Shown: positions 55,374 to 64,000 of the stretch, piece after piece
Numbering within the stretch: the first letter of the stretch is position 1
How the letters are laid out: every line of letters begins with the position of its first letter
Origin: an uncultured delta proteobacterium
GTDB taxonomy: Bacteria; Myxococcota; Myxococcia; Myxococcales; Anaeromyxobacteraceae
Direction: 5' to 3'
DNA length: 64,000 nt
NCBI GenBank assembly: GCA_963828255.1
Contig: CAWHDZ010000021.1
Coordinates: forward strand, 96,001 to 160,000
Made by a program: the position numbers and the translations under genes
Notes under the pieces: generated by a model
What the model was told of the DNA's origin: nothing
Seen by the model: only the letters and a program-made list of their open reading frames with translations
The model's database searches: none

Positions 55374-56123
55374 ATGCTCCGACGAACGTTCCTCAAGGCC
55401 TCCGCCCTCGGCGCCGGGTCCCTGGCCCTTCCCCGCCCCGCCCGGGCCATGGGCGAGGCCTCGCGCGTCGCCATCGGCCAGATCGAGCACGCCGGCCGGT
55501 GGAATCCGCGCCCCTCGGCGCTGCGGCGCCTCTCCTGGGAGCTCTCCCAGCGCACCAGCATCGACTCCGCCCCCGACGGCGTCCCGGTCCGGCTCTCGGG
55601 ACACGCAGTCCACCTCCACCCCTTCCTCTACCTGGCGGGGGACGGCGCCCTGCCCCCCTTCCCCGAGGCCGACCTGGGCGTCCTGCGCCGCCACCTGCAG
55701 TACGGCGGGTTCCTCCTCGTGGACGCCGCCGACGGCTCGAGCGGCTCCGGCTTCGACGCCTCGGTCCGGCGCGAGTTGCAGCGCCTCCTCCCCTCCTCGC
55801 CGCTGGCCCGCATCCCCCGCGAGCACGTCCTCTACAAGAGCTTCTACCTGGTGGACCACCAGGGAGGGCGCGTCCTCACCCGCCCCTGGCTGGAGGGGCA
55901 GGTGCTGAACGGGCGCCTGGCCGTCGTCTACTCCCAGAACGACCTGGGCGGCGCCTGGGCCCGCGGCCAGCTCGGCGACTGGGAGTACGACTGCACCCCG
56001 GGTGGAGAGCCGCAGCGGGAGACCGCCTTCCGCCTGGGAGTGAACCTGGCCATGTACGCGCTCTGCACCGACTACAAGGACGACGCCGTCCACCTCCCCT
56101 TCATCCTGCGGCGCCGGAGCTAG
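55374..56123 (+). CDS. DUF4159-family protein with Tat signal
   Basis: MLRRTFLK twin-arginine signal; PFLYL.G, L..GGFL..D, H.LYKSFY, NDLGGAW, RLGVNL.MYAL. Confidence 0.85.
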   Translation: MLRRTFLKASALGAGSLALPRPARAMGEASRVAIGQIEHAGRWNPRPSALRRLSWELSQRTSIDSAPDGVPVRLSGHAVHLHPFLYLAGDGALPPFPEADLGVLRRHLQYGGFLLVDAADGSSGSGFDASVRRELQRLLPSSPLARIPREHVLYKSFYLVDHQGGRVLTRPWLEGQVLNGRLAVVYSQNDLGGAWARGQLGDWEYDCTPGGEPQRETAFRLGVNLAMYALCTDYKDDAVHLPFILRRRS

Positions 56124-56126
56124 GAC

Positions 56127-58418
56127 CTGCCCTCGATCCAGGAGACCTGGCGACTCGCCTTCCTCTCGCCCTGGCCGCGCTGGGTGCTCGTGGCCGCCGC
56201 GCTGGCCGCGCTCGCCTCGGTGCTCCTGTCGCTGCGGGGGCTCAGGGGCGAGCCGCGCCGGGGCGCCCGGGCGGCCCTGGTCGCGCTGCGCACGGTGGCC
56301 GCGCTGGCCGCGCTCTTCCTGGTCGTCGAGCCGGCCCTGCGCGTGGTCCAGACCACCCGGGTGCGCAACCGGCTGGCGGTGATGGTGGACCGCTCCCGCT
56401 CGATGAACTTCCCGGTCGAGCCGGGCGGGGAGACCCGGGTCGCCGCTGCGGCCCGCTTCCTGGCCGGGAGCCGACAGGGGCTGGAGGCGCTCTCCGCCGA
56501 GGCCACCGTCGAGGGCTGGGGCTTCGCCCGCGACGCCTGGCCCGCCGACCTGGCCGCCCTCTCCCGGCCCGAGCCGGCGACCGGGGGCGCCACCGACCTG
56601 CTGGGCGCGCTGCGCGCCGCCGCCGGAAGTTCCGGAGCACCTGGCCGGCGGCTGGCCGGCGTCCTCCTCGTCACCGACGGCGCCGACAACGGGCCCCTGG
56701 CCTCGGGGCTCTCCGGCCAGCCCCGCGCCGACCTGCTCTCCCTCGGCGTCCCGGTCAACGTGGTCTCGGTGGGGACCGACGCGCCGCGCGACCTCGCGGT
56801 GGAGCGGGTGGCGGTGGACGACTTCGCCTTCGTGCGGAGCACGCTCACCGTAGAGGCCACGCTGCGCGCCCGCGGCTTCGGGCGCGAGGACGTGAACGTG
56901 CTGCTCAAGCGCGAGGGGCAGGTGGTGGCGCAGTCCACGGTGAAGCTCGAGCCCGGCAAGGAGACCTACGCGGTCCCCCTCTCCTTCGCGCCCGACACCA
57001 CCGGCACCTTCGTGCTCAACGTCTCCACCCCGGTGCTCCCCGGCGAGGCGGTGGCCGAGAACAACGCGCGCTCCTTCGTGCTGCGGGTCATCCGCGACCG
57101 CGTCCGCGTCCTCTTGGTGGCCGGGCACCCGAGCTGGGACGAGCGGTTCCTGCGCGGCCTGCTCAAGCAGGATCCCAACGTGGACCTGGTCTCCTTCTTC
57201 ATCCTGCGCACCGCCGGCGACAACCCCGGCCCGCAGGACCAGCTCTCCCTGATCCCCTTCCCGGTGGCGGAGATCTTCGGGGAGCAGCTGCGCACCTTCG
57301 ACGCCGTGATCTTCGTGGACTTCGCCTACCAGCCCTACCGGACCCTCGACATCGAGCGCTTCCTCCCCAACCTGCGCGACTACGTCCGCGGCGGGGGCGC
57401 CTTCGCCATGGTGGGCGGCGGCCAGTCCTTCGCCCAGGGTCACTACGCGGGCACGCCGGTCGGCGACATCCTCGCGGTGAACCCGGCCGAGGGGATGGGC
57501 GACACCGCCGAGCCCTTCCGCCCGCGCCTCACCGCCGAGGGGCGCCGCCACCCGGTCACATCGCTGGCCCCCGGCGAGGCCGCCAACGAGGCCGCCTGGG
57601 GCGCGCTCCCGCCGCTGCCGGGCCTGAACTTCACCGCGCCGCTGCCGGCGTCCGACGGGGCCCGGGTGCTCCTGGAGGCGCCCACCCTGCTCTCCGGGGG
57701 GCGCCCCGCGCCGGTGGTGGCGGTGCGCGAGGTGGGGGCCGGACGTTCACTGTCCGTGATGACTGACGGGACCTGGCACTGGGGCTTCGTGGCGGCCGGC
57801 GACGGGCAGGGCGGCCGTGCGCACCAGCGCTTCTGGAACGGCGCGCTGCGCTGGCTGGTCCGCGACCCGTCCCTCACCCCGCTGCAGATCCAGCCGGACC
57901 GCCCGGCCGTCGAGCCCGGCGAGCCGGTGGGGTTCTCGGTGGCGGTGCGGGGTCCCGACTACGGCCCGGCCCCGGGAGCGGCCGTCGAGGGGTCGCTCGT
58001 CGCGGAGGACGGCCGGGTGATCGGCCGCGCCAGCGCCCGTGCCGGCCCCGACGGGTCGGCCCGCCTCGAGTTCCAGGCCCCGCCTCCCGGCGCCTACCGG
58101 CTCCAGGCCTCGGCGGAGGTGGCCGGAGCGCCCGTGGAGCGGGGGGGCGCGGCGGTGGCGGTCCGGGCCAGCGGAGCCGAGGACTCGGACGCCGCACCTC
58201 GGCCCGAGCTGCTCCGGCAGCTCGCCGAGGCGACAGGCGGGACCTTCACCCGGCTGCCGCAGGCGGGGCTCCCCGAGCTGCGCCTCCGCGAGCCCGAGGT
58301 CGTCGAGATCGGGCGAAAGAAGGACGAACCGCTCTGGGACCGCTGGTGGTACCTGGCCATCCTGGCGGGCGCGCTCTCCGGCGAGTGGGTGCTTCGCCGG
58401 CGACTCGGCCACTGGTAG
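56127..58418 (+). CDS. Membrane-anchored vWA / class I glutamine-amidotransferase-like protein
   Basis: N-terminal TMs, MIDAS D.S.SM, TDL, TDGADN, GG.F.MVGG..SF, C-terminal EW.LRRR; start uncertain (56127-56184). Confidence 0.8.
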   Translation: MPSIQETWRLAFLSPWPRWVLVAAALAALASVLLSLRGLRGEPRRGARAALVALRTVAALAALFLVVEPALRVVQTTRVRNRLAVMVDRSRSMNFPVEPGGETRVAAAARFLAGSRQGLEALSAEATVEGWGFARDAWPADLAALSRPEPATGGATDLLGALRAAAGSSGAPGRRLAGVLLVTDGADNGPLASGLSGQPRADLLSLGVPVNVVSVGTDAPRDLAVERVAVDDFAFVRSTLTVEATLRARGFGREDVNVLLKREGQVVAQSTVKLEPGKETYAVPLSFAPDTTGTFVLNVSTPVLPGEAVAENNARSFVLRVIRDRVRVLLVAGHPSWDERFLRGLLKQDPNVDLVSFFILRTAGDNPGPQDQLSLIPFPVAEIFGEQLRTFDAVIFVDFAYQPYRTLDIERFLPNLRDYVRGGGAFAMVGGGQSFAQGHYAGTPVGDILAVNPAEGMGDTAEPFRPRLTAEGRRHPVTSLAPGEAANEAAWGALPPLPGLNFTAPLPASDGARVLLEAPTLLSGGRPAPVVAVREVGAGRSLSVMTDGTWHWGFVAAGDGQGGRAHQRFWNGALRWLVRDPSLTPLQIQPDRPAVEPGEPVGFSVAVRGPDYGPAPGAAVEGSLVAEDGRVIGRASARAGPDGSARLEFQAPPPGAYRLQASAEVAGAPVERGGAAVAVRASGAEDSDAAPRPELLRQLAEATGGTFTRLPQAGLPELRLREPEVVEIGRKKDEPLWDRWWYLAILAGALSGEWVLRRRLGHW

Positions 58419-58451
58419 GCGGTGCCCGGGGGCCGGGCGCCCGAGGGCGCT

Positions 58452-59786
58452 TCAGCCGCGGAGCTGCCCCAGGGCCAGGGCCGCCACCGTGGCAGCCACT
58501 CCCTGCGTGCTGGCGCGCAGCTCGCCGCGCCCGGCGGTGATGCGCGGCTGCAGCGGCAGCCTCAGCGGCGGCGGCGGATTGGGGAGGACCACGTCGATCT
58601 CGATCGCATCCACCGGGTTCTGGCGGCGCGCCGCGTGGGGGAATGGAGGGGCGGCGAGGGAGAACTCGCCCACGAAGACGTCGTCCTCCCAGCCCGCGGG
58701 AGCGGCCGGCCTGGGCACGGGGCGGGGCTCGACCTTCACCGGGGCGACGGCCCGCGGCGCGGGGCGGAAGCCGAGCCGCGGCGGCGGGGGGCGCTCGGCG
58801 CGCGGCGTGGCGGCGGGGACGCGGTGCGCGGCGGCCGGTTCCGGCAGGGGGACGGGGGTCCCGGGGGCGGCGGCGCGACGGGCGCTCACGTGCGCTGCGG
58901 CGGTCTGGGCGGACTCGACGGCCCGCTGGCGGAGCACCCGCATCCCCATGCCGGCCGGGAACAGCGACTCCGCCCAGGCCGCCACCGCGGCGGGGCCGGC
59001 CATGTCGGGGACCGCCGCGTCGATGGCGCGGGCCAGCTCCAGGACGTCGCCGAAGCGATCGCCAGCCTTCACGGAAAGTGCACGACGCACCACCCCGGCC
59101 AGCGCCGAGGGAACTCCCAGCGGCTCGAGGAGCGGCGGGGCGCGGGAGAGGATGGCCACGTCGGGATCGGGCTCGCGCTCGAAGGGGTTCTCCCCGGCCA
59201 GGCAGGCGTGCAGGACGAGACCGAGCCCGTGGACGTCGCTCCGGCGCGAGGCGGCGGTGGGGCCGCCCAGGACCTGCTCCGGGCTCTGCCAGGGCATGAG
59301 GTCGGCGGCGGAGCGGGCCAGACCCACGCCAAACCCGGAGACGAGCGTCACGCCCGAGCGGCAGACGAGCAGGTGCGACGGGCGGATCCAGCCGTGGAGG
59401 ATGGGGCCGGCGTCCTGCCCTTCCTCGTGGGCGAAGTGCACGGCGAGGCAGGCGTCCCGGACGATGCGGGCGGCCACCTCCGCGGGAAGCCGTCCACCCA
59501 CCGCGAGGATCTCGGCGAGGGTTTCACCGTCGGCGTGCTCCACCGCGACGACCAGACGGCCGTCCGTCTCGTCGAGCCCGAGTGGCGCCTGGACGTGCGG
59601 GTGGTGCAGCGCGTCAACGGCCCGTGCCAGTTCCCTGGCTAGGCCCTCCCGGGCTGGGACATCCACACCCGGCAGATAGACAATCCGTGCCACACGTGGA
59701 GCGTTCCCGTCCTCGAGAAACAGCCCCAACCCCTCGCCCTCACGCCCCGGAAAGGATCCCAGGAGCTGAATCCGCCCACCCACCAT
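58452..59786 (-). CDS. Protein-kinase-fold protein, probable pseudokinase
   Basis: Kinase C-lobe (HPHV, E..DGETL, SPEQ, SDV..LG..L, GENPF) but HGWIRPSH replaces HRDLKPxN and SGFG replaces DFG. Confidence 0.8.
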   Translation of the reverse strand: MVGGRIQLLGSFPGREGEGLGLFLEDGNAPRVARIVYLPGVDVPAREGLARELARAVDALHHPHVQAPLGLDETDGRLVVAVEHADGETLAEILAVGGRLPAEVAARIVRDACLAVHFAHEEGQDAGPILHGWIRPSHLLVCRSGVTLVSGFGVGLARSAADLMPWQSPEQVLGGPTAASRRSDVHGLGLVLHACLAGENPFEREPDPDVAILSRAPPLLEPLGVPSALAGVVRRALSVKAGDRFGDVLELARAIDAAVPDMAGPAAVAAWAESLFPAGMGMRVLRQRAVESAQTAAAHVSARRAAAPGTPVPLPEPAAAHRVPAATPRAERPPPPRLGFRPAPRAVAPVKVEPRPVPRPAAPAGWEDDVFVGEFSLAAPPFPHAARRQNPVDAIEIDVVLPNPPPPLRLPLQPRITAGRGELRASTQGVAATVAALALGQLRG

Positions 59787-59850
59787 GTAGGCGATGGTAG
59801 CACGGTGTACCCCTGGGCGCGCAAACTTGGCGGTGGAGATTCTTGACCTG

Positions 59851-60639
59851 TCAGGTCTGACGGGCCACGACCTGACCCCTGGGGACCACCAGGAGCGCCC
59901 CTCCCGAGACGCACAGATCCTGGCCGATCAGGTGTGAAGAAGCGTTGCTGGCGAGGAAGAGGGCCGCGTGGGCGCAGTCGGCGACCTCCCCCACCCGGCG
60001 GTTGGGAAGCGCCCCGGCGATGAGCGGCCCGATGGTGGCGAGCTCCTCCTCGGCCATGGGGGTCCGGATCCACCCGGGGGAAACCAGGTTCACTCGCACT
60101 TCGGGTGCGAGTTCCACCGCGAGGCTCATGGTGAGCGACTGGATGGCTCCCTTGGTCGCCGCGTAGTGGGAATGGCCCGCCTCCCCCCGCTGCCCCGCGG
60201 TGGAGCCGACGAGCACGACGTTCCCGGGCGCTCCCCGGCGCAGGAACGGGAGCGCCTCGCGCACCAGGTAGAAGGCGCTGAAGACGTTCACCCGGAAGAT
60301 CTCCTCGAGGCGGCCCGCCTCGATGCTCCCGATGGGGCCGTCGTTCCAGATGCCGGTCGAGTGGACGAGCTGGTCGAGCCCGCCGAGGAGCCGCGCCGAC
60401 TCGCGCACGAGATCCACCGCGCCGCGCTCGTGGGCCAGCTCGGCCCCCACCGCGAAGCCCCTCCCCGGGAAGCGGGCCGCCAGCGACCGGGCCTCCGCCT
60501 CGTGCGACCGGTAGTGAACGACGACCTTCATCCCCTGCTCGAGGAAGGCCTCGGCGATGGAGAGTCCGATCCCGCTCGATCCGCCGGCCACCAGCGCCCG
60601 CCGGCCGGCCAGGTCCAGGTACTTCACTTCGAGTGTCAT
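59851..60639 (-). CDS. SDR family NAD(P)-dependent oxidoreductase
   Basis: GGSSGIG, YAATK, VRVNLVSPGWIRT; ATGA overlap with the HAD gene. Confidence 0.92.
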   Translation of the reverse strand: MTLEVKYLDLAGRRALVAGGSSGIGLSIAEAFLEQGMKVVVHYRSHEAEARSLAARFPGRGFAVGAELAHERGAVDLVRESARLLGGLDQLVHSTGIWNDGPIGSIEAGRLEEIFRVNVFSAFYLVREALPFLRRGAPGNVVLVGSTAGQRGEAGHSHYAATKGAIQSLTMSLAVELAPEVRVNLVSPGWIRTPMAEEELATIGPLIAGALPNRRVGEVADCAHAALFLASNASSHLIGQDLCVSGGALLVVPRGQVVARQT

Positions 60640-61547
60640 GTGTCCTTCCCGCGCCGGCGCACCCTCTTCGCCCTCGGCGGCCGCGGCACCGACCAGCGCG
60701 CGCCCTGCACGACGTCCCTCACCTGGGTGAACGAGGAGATGCAGAGCGGCCAGCGCTCGTGTCCCTCCTCGGCCACGTGGCGCGCCGTCACCGATCGCGC
60801 CGAGATGACCGCCAGCCGCTCCCGGTACTCCGTCGAGATGTAGGTGCCGTACTCGGCCCAGACCCCGACCGCCCCGCAGGCCCGGGCCACCGGCATGTCC
60901 TTCTTCACGTTGTCGCCCACGTAGACCACCTCGGGGCCGCGCAGGCCGAGGTCGTCGAGGATGCGGCGCAGCCCGATGGGGCTCGGCTTCTCCGCCTCGC
61001 GGGGCAACTCGTGGACCGGCGTGCCCGATCGGTAGTGGCCCGCCTCCTCGCGCCTGCGGATCCGGGGGTCCACGTTCCTGGGAAGCTCGTAGCCGGGGAG
61101 CGTGTAGAGGGCGTCGAAGAGCCGGTCGAGCTTCATGGTCTTGAGCCGGAGCAGCGCCGCGTTGCGCGGGGCGTCGGAGAGCGCCACCAGCTTGAGCCCC
61201 TGCGCGCGGATCCACTCCAGGGTCTCGGGGACGCCCGGGTACGGGTGCAGCCAGCGCGCGCGCGCCGCCTTGAAGGCGCCGGCGGCCGGCTCCACCACCA
61301 GCCGGTTGAACGAGTCGAAGTCGCGCTCGTAGGGCTTGAAGATGTCCGACTCCTGGATGGCGAACGGGTACTCGTTCGACTCGTACCGGGTGTAGACCTC
61401 CTTCAGCGACTGCACGATGCGGATGCGCGGCAGCCCCGTGGTGGCCGTGAGCGAGTCCACCATCGCCTCCAGGCAGGGGACGATGTAGTCCACCCAGGGG
61501 TAGAGGGTGTTGTCCAGGTCGGTGACGACGGCGCGGATCCGGGGCAC
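60636..61547 (-). CDS. HAD-superfamily hydrolase
   Basis: DLDNTL motif I, LSD, EKP, YVGDN..KD. Confidence 0.9.
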   Translation of the reverse strand: MPRIRAVVTDLDNTLYPWVDYIVPCLEAMVDSLTATTGLPRIRIVQSLKEVYTRYESNEYPFAIQESDIFKPYERDFDSFNRLVVEPAAGAFKAARARWLHPYPGVPETLEWIRAQGLKLVALSDAPRNAALLRLKTMKLDRLFDALYTLPGYELPRNVDPRIRRREEAGHYRSGTPVHELPREAEKPSPIGLRRILDDLGLRGPEVVYVGDNVKKDMPVARACGAVGVWAEYGTYISTEYRERLAVISARSVTARHVAEEGHERWPLCISSFTQVRDVVQGARWSVPRPPRAKRVRRRGKDT

Positions 61548-61593
61548 GGGCGCATGGTAGCGACCGCACGCCCGGCGCGCTAGGTAGAGGGGC

Positions 61594-61926
61594 ATGCGCT
61601 ACGAACGCCACGTCTTCGTCTGCGAGAACCGCCGCCCCGACGGCCACCCCAGGGGATGCTGCGCCGGCAAGGGCGGAGCCGAGGTGAAGGAGGCCCTCAA
61701 GGCGGCGCTCAAGTCCCGCGGCCTCCTGGGCCGCGTCCGCACCAACTCGGCCGGCTGCCTCGACGCCTGCGAGCGGGGCGCGGCCATGGTGGTCTACCCG
61801 GAGGGGGTCTGGTACGGCGGGGTCACCCCGGACGACGCCGCCGAGATCGTCGATCGCCACCTGGTGGGAGGCGAGCCGGTGGAGCGACTGGTGATCCGGG
61901 AGTTCCCCGCCAAGGCCGGGGGCTAG
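61594..61926 (+). CDS. Thioredoxin-like [2Fe-2S] ferredoxin
   Basis: HVFVCEN.R..GCC, GCLDACE.G, VVYPEGVWY. Confidence 0.92.
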   Translation: MRYERHVFVCENRRPDGHPRGCCAGKGGAEVKEALKAALKSRGLLGRVRTNSAGCLDACERGAAMVVYPEGVWYGGVTPDDAAEIVDRHLVGGEPVERLVIREFPAKAGG

Positions 61927-61929
61927 CGA

Positions 61930-62769
61930 TCAGTTCAGGAGCGACCTGCGTCCGCCCAGCTCGCGCAGGAGCGCCCTCACCTCGTCCACGTCGGAGGCCC
62001 GCGGGTTTCCCTGCACGTAGGCCTCGAGGTCGCGCGCCGCCGCCGCCGTGCCCCCCAGGCGTGCCGAGACGAGCCCCCGGTCGCGCCGCTCCTCCAGGTC
62101 GCCGGGGATGATCTGCAGCAGCCGGTCCACCACCCAGAGCGTGCGCAGGTCGTCGCCGCGCTCCACGTAGATGCGCTTCAGGTTGTGGAGCATCCGGGTG
62201 AGGATGTGGCGGGAGTCCACCGGGTCGAGGAGCGACGGGTCGAAGGTGCGCCCGTGGAGAACGGCGCGGAAGCGGGCGGTGCACTCGTCGCTTCCGAGGA
62301 GTTCCCAGCCGTTGAACGCGTCGATGAAGATCTCGCCGGCGAGACCGGTCTGCTCCGGGCACTTCACCAGGAAGTGGCCGGGGAAGCCCACCCCCTTGAG
62401 CTCGAGCCCGAGACGCCGGGCCACCTCGATGGTGAGGAGGGAGAGGGAGATGGGGATCCCCAGCTTCCGCGACACCACCTCGTTGAGGAACGAGTTGCGC
62501 GGGTCGTAGTACTCCTTCTCGTTGCCCTGGAATCCCTCGGCCCGGAACACGGTCCGCATGGCCTGGAGGACCCGAAGGGGAGGCCGCAGGTCGCCCACCT
62601 CCTCGCCGACCCGCGCGGCGATGGCGTCGAGGGCAGCCAGGGTGGGCCCCGGGTCGAGGTCAGGGTACTCCTCGGCCGCGATGGCCAAGGCCGCCTCGTC
62701 GAGCGGGATCCTGGGCCGCTCGAGGAGGGCCGCGAAGCGCGCCCGCGCAGCTGTGCTCGCATCCGTCAT
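61930..62769 (-). CDS. SirB1-like transglutaminase-fold/TPR protein
   Basis: F.GN..YYDPRNSFL, GIPISL, GFPGHFL, RML.NLK, ERRDRG. Confidence 0.9.
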   Translation of the reverse strand: MTDASTAARARFAALLERPRIPLDEAALAIAAEEYPDLDPGPTLAALDAIAARVGEEVGDLRPPLRVLQAMRTVFRAEGFQGNEKEYYDPRNSFLNEVVSRKLGIPISLSLLTIEVARRLGLELKGVGFPGHFLVKCPEQTGLAGEIFIDAFNGWELLGSDECTARFRAVLHGRTFDPSLLDPVDSRHILTRMLHNLKRIYVERGDDLRTLWVVDRLLQIIPGDLEERRDRGLVSARLGGTAAAARDLEAYVQGNPRASDVDEVRALLRELGGRRSLLN

Positions 62770-63770
62770 CCGCTCACCCGGGCCGCCACGTCCTCGTGGT
62801 ACCTGCGCTCGGCCCCCGCCAGCTCGTTCACCTGGGCGGCGACCGCCGCCGACGCCCGCTCACCGGGCCGTCCGGACAGATCCTTGAACGAGTTTGCCAG
62901 CCGAGTCCAGCCAGCGGCGATCCCGGCCATCCGGGAGGGCAGCCCCAGGGCCGCCACGCCGGGGTGGTGGAGGGCCGCCTCCTCGAGGAACCGGGCGTAG
63001 AGCAGCCGGAAGTTCCCGCCCCCGGTCCCCCGCTTCTCGATGCACTGGTAGGCGAAGCGGAAGCACCAGGCCCGGTCGGCCTCGTCGCGGGCCAGCTCGT
63101 GCCAGCGCGGCACCTCGGCGGCGAATCGCTCCAGGCCGGAGGCGCCGGCGTACCCGTCCACCGGAAGGAGCATCTGCCGGGCCTGGCGCCGGAGCGCGTC
63201 ACCCACGGCCTCGCGCCAGCGGACCGGCGCGCGCGGGGCGTCGATCTCCATCCACTGGCGGCCGGTGAAGCCGAGCGGCTGTCCGTCGGAGGCGCGGGCC
63301 CTCTCCAGATCGGCCAGGGGGACCTCCTGCAACTCCTCGCGCTCGGTGTCGGCGAGGAAGGCCACTCCCCTGCCCTCGTCGTGGCCGGCCAGCACCACGC
63401 GGTGGCCGTTGAACGGGGACGACGTCTTCCAGTAGGGGAGGAAGCGCAGGTCGGTGGAGAGGACCGGGGCGAAGCCCCGGGTGACGGCGTCGCGGACGGC
63501 CGACCAGGCCAGCGCCGGGTCGTTCTCGGTGCGGATGGCCACCGGGGCGCCCAGCACGTCACAGGCCGTCTCCTCGAGGGTCCAGGGACGCCCGAGGATG
63601 ATGCGCGTGGGGCTGAGCACCGGGGAGTCGAGGTAGAAGAAACCCAGGCCGGCGCCCAGGCCGAAGGCCATGGCCTCGGAGATCTCCAGGCCGCGAACGC
63701 GCAGTGCGTCGGAAAGGGCCGTGGATCCGCAGTGGACGCCGGGGCGGTGGGTGAAGCCGGGGAGCAGCAC
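62766..63770 (-). CDS. BtrH_N / DUF4872 papain-like protein
   Basis: GVHC.S, ISEAMAFGLGAGL, F.GHRVVLAG.D, IEKRGTGGG.FR.LYA.FL. Confidence 0.85.
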   Translation of the reverse strand: MLLPGFTHRPGVHCGSTALSDALRVRGLEISEAMAFGLGAGLGFFYLDSPVLSPTRIILGRPWTLEETACDVLGAPVAIRTENDPALAWSAVRDAVTRGFAPVLSTDLRFLPYWKTSSPFNGHRVVLAGHDEGRGVAFLADTEREELQEVPLADLERARASDGQPLGFTGRQWMEIDAPRAPVRWREAVGDALRRQARQMLLPVDGYAGASGLERFAAEVPRWHELARDEADRAWCFRFAYQCIEKRGTGGGNFRLLYARFLEEAALHHPGVAALGLPSRMAGIAAGWTRLANSFKDLSGRPGERASAAVAAQVNELAGAERRYHEDVAARVSG

Positions 63771-63846
63771 CGGGGGAACATAGGGGACGTGTCGGGGCCC
63801 CGCCAACCGGCCGTTTCTGCTGACTTCCCGGGGTGATCCTCGGGCG

Positions 63847-63875
63847 TTGACTTCCCCGCCCGCCACGTCTAGTCT
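63847..63875 (+). promoter_or_regulatory. Sigma70 promoter of tRNA-Asn
   Basis: TTGACT-17-TAGTCT. Confidence 0.7.
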
Positions 63876-63889
63876 CCCCGCCCTGCCAT

Positions 63890-63965
63890 TCCCCAGTAGC
63901 TCAGTTGGCAGAGCAGATGACTGTTAATCATCGGGTCCGTGGTTCAAGTCCACGCTGGGGAGCCA
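63890..63965 (+). tRNA. tRNA-Asn (GTT)
   Basis: TCCCCAG/CTGGGGA acceptor stem, AGCTCAGTTGG D arm, CTGTTAA anticodon loop, GGTTCAAGTCC T arm, encoded CCA; 76 nt. Confidence 0.97.
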
Positions 63966-64000
63966 CACCGGACGGCTCAACGAACTCCCGCTTGACAGGG

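Noticed and set aside
51498..56123. 1541-aa ORF suggesting a giant protein
   Set aside because: Only the last 249 codons (DUF4159, ATG 55374) are protein-like; the rest is an off-frame overlap of other genes.
63890..64000. tRNA-Asn as an island attachment site
   Set aside because: No integrase and no duplicated tRNA 3' end in the window; the downstream sequence is not visible.

Overview
High-GC chromosomal window that looks like a myxobacterium (Anaeromyxobacter-like, inferred from gene content). It is mostly housekeeping: cdnL/carD-ispDF-cysS, comEC, serA-hisZ-purA, crp-PDE-accD-folC-AMIN-lptD, purMN, rpmB, folD, gcvTHPAPB, infA, crcB, ruvX-mltG, a DEAD-box helicase, an RpoH-type sigma factor and tRNA-Asn. 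I see no CRISPR array, IS element, integrase or prophage. The most interesting item is an orphan two-gene module at 41025-42462 (- strand) behind a candidate sigma54 promoter. It encodes a 306-aa protein whose C-terminus matches the type III secretion needle/filament (SctF/PrgI-like) terminal helix and which has a hydrophobic translocator-like middle, followed by a SycD/LcrH-like TPR chaperone; no T3SS apparatus genes are in the window. Other notable items are a CarH-like B12 photoreceptor facing an SRPBCC gene across a long palindromic operator, repeated leaderless promoter architecture (TANNNT 6-7 nt before the start codon), a pseudokinase and a structured infA leader. All calls come from reading motifs by eye; no database search was run.
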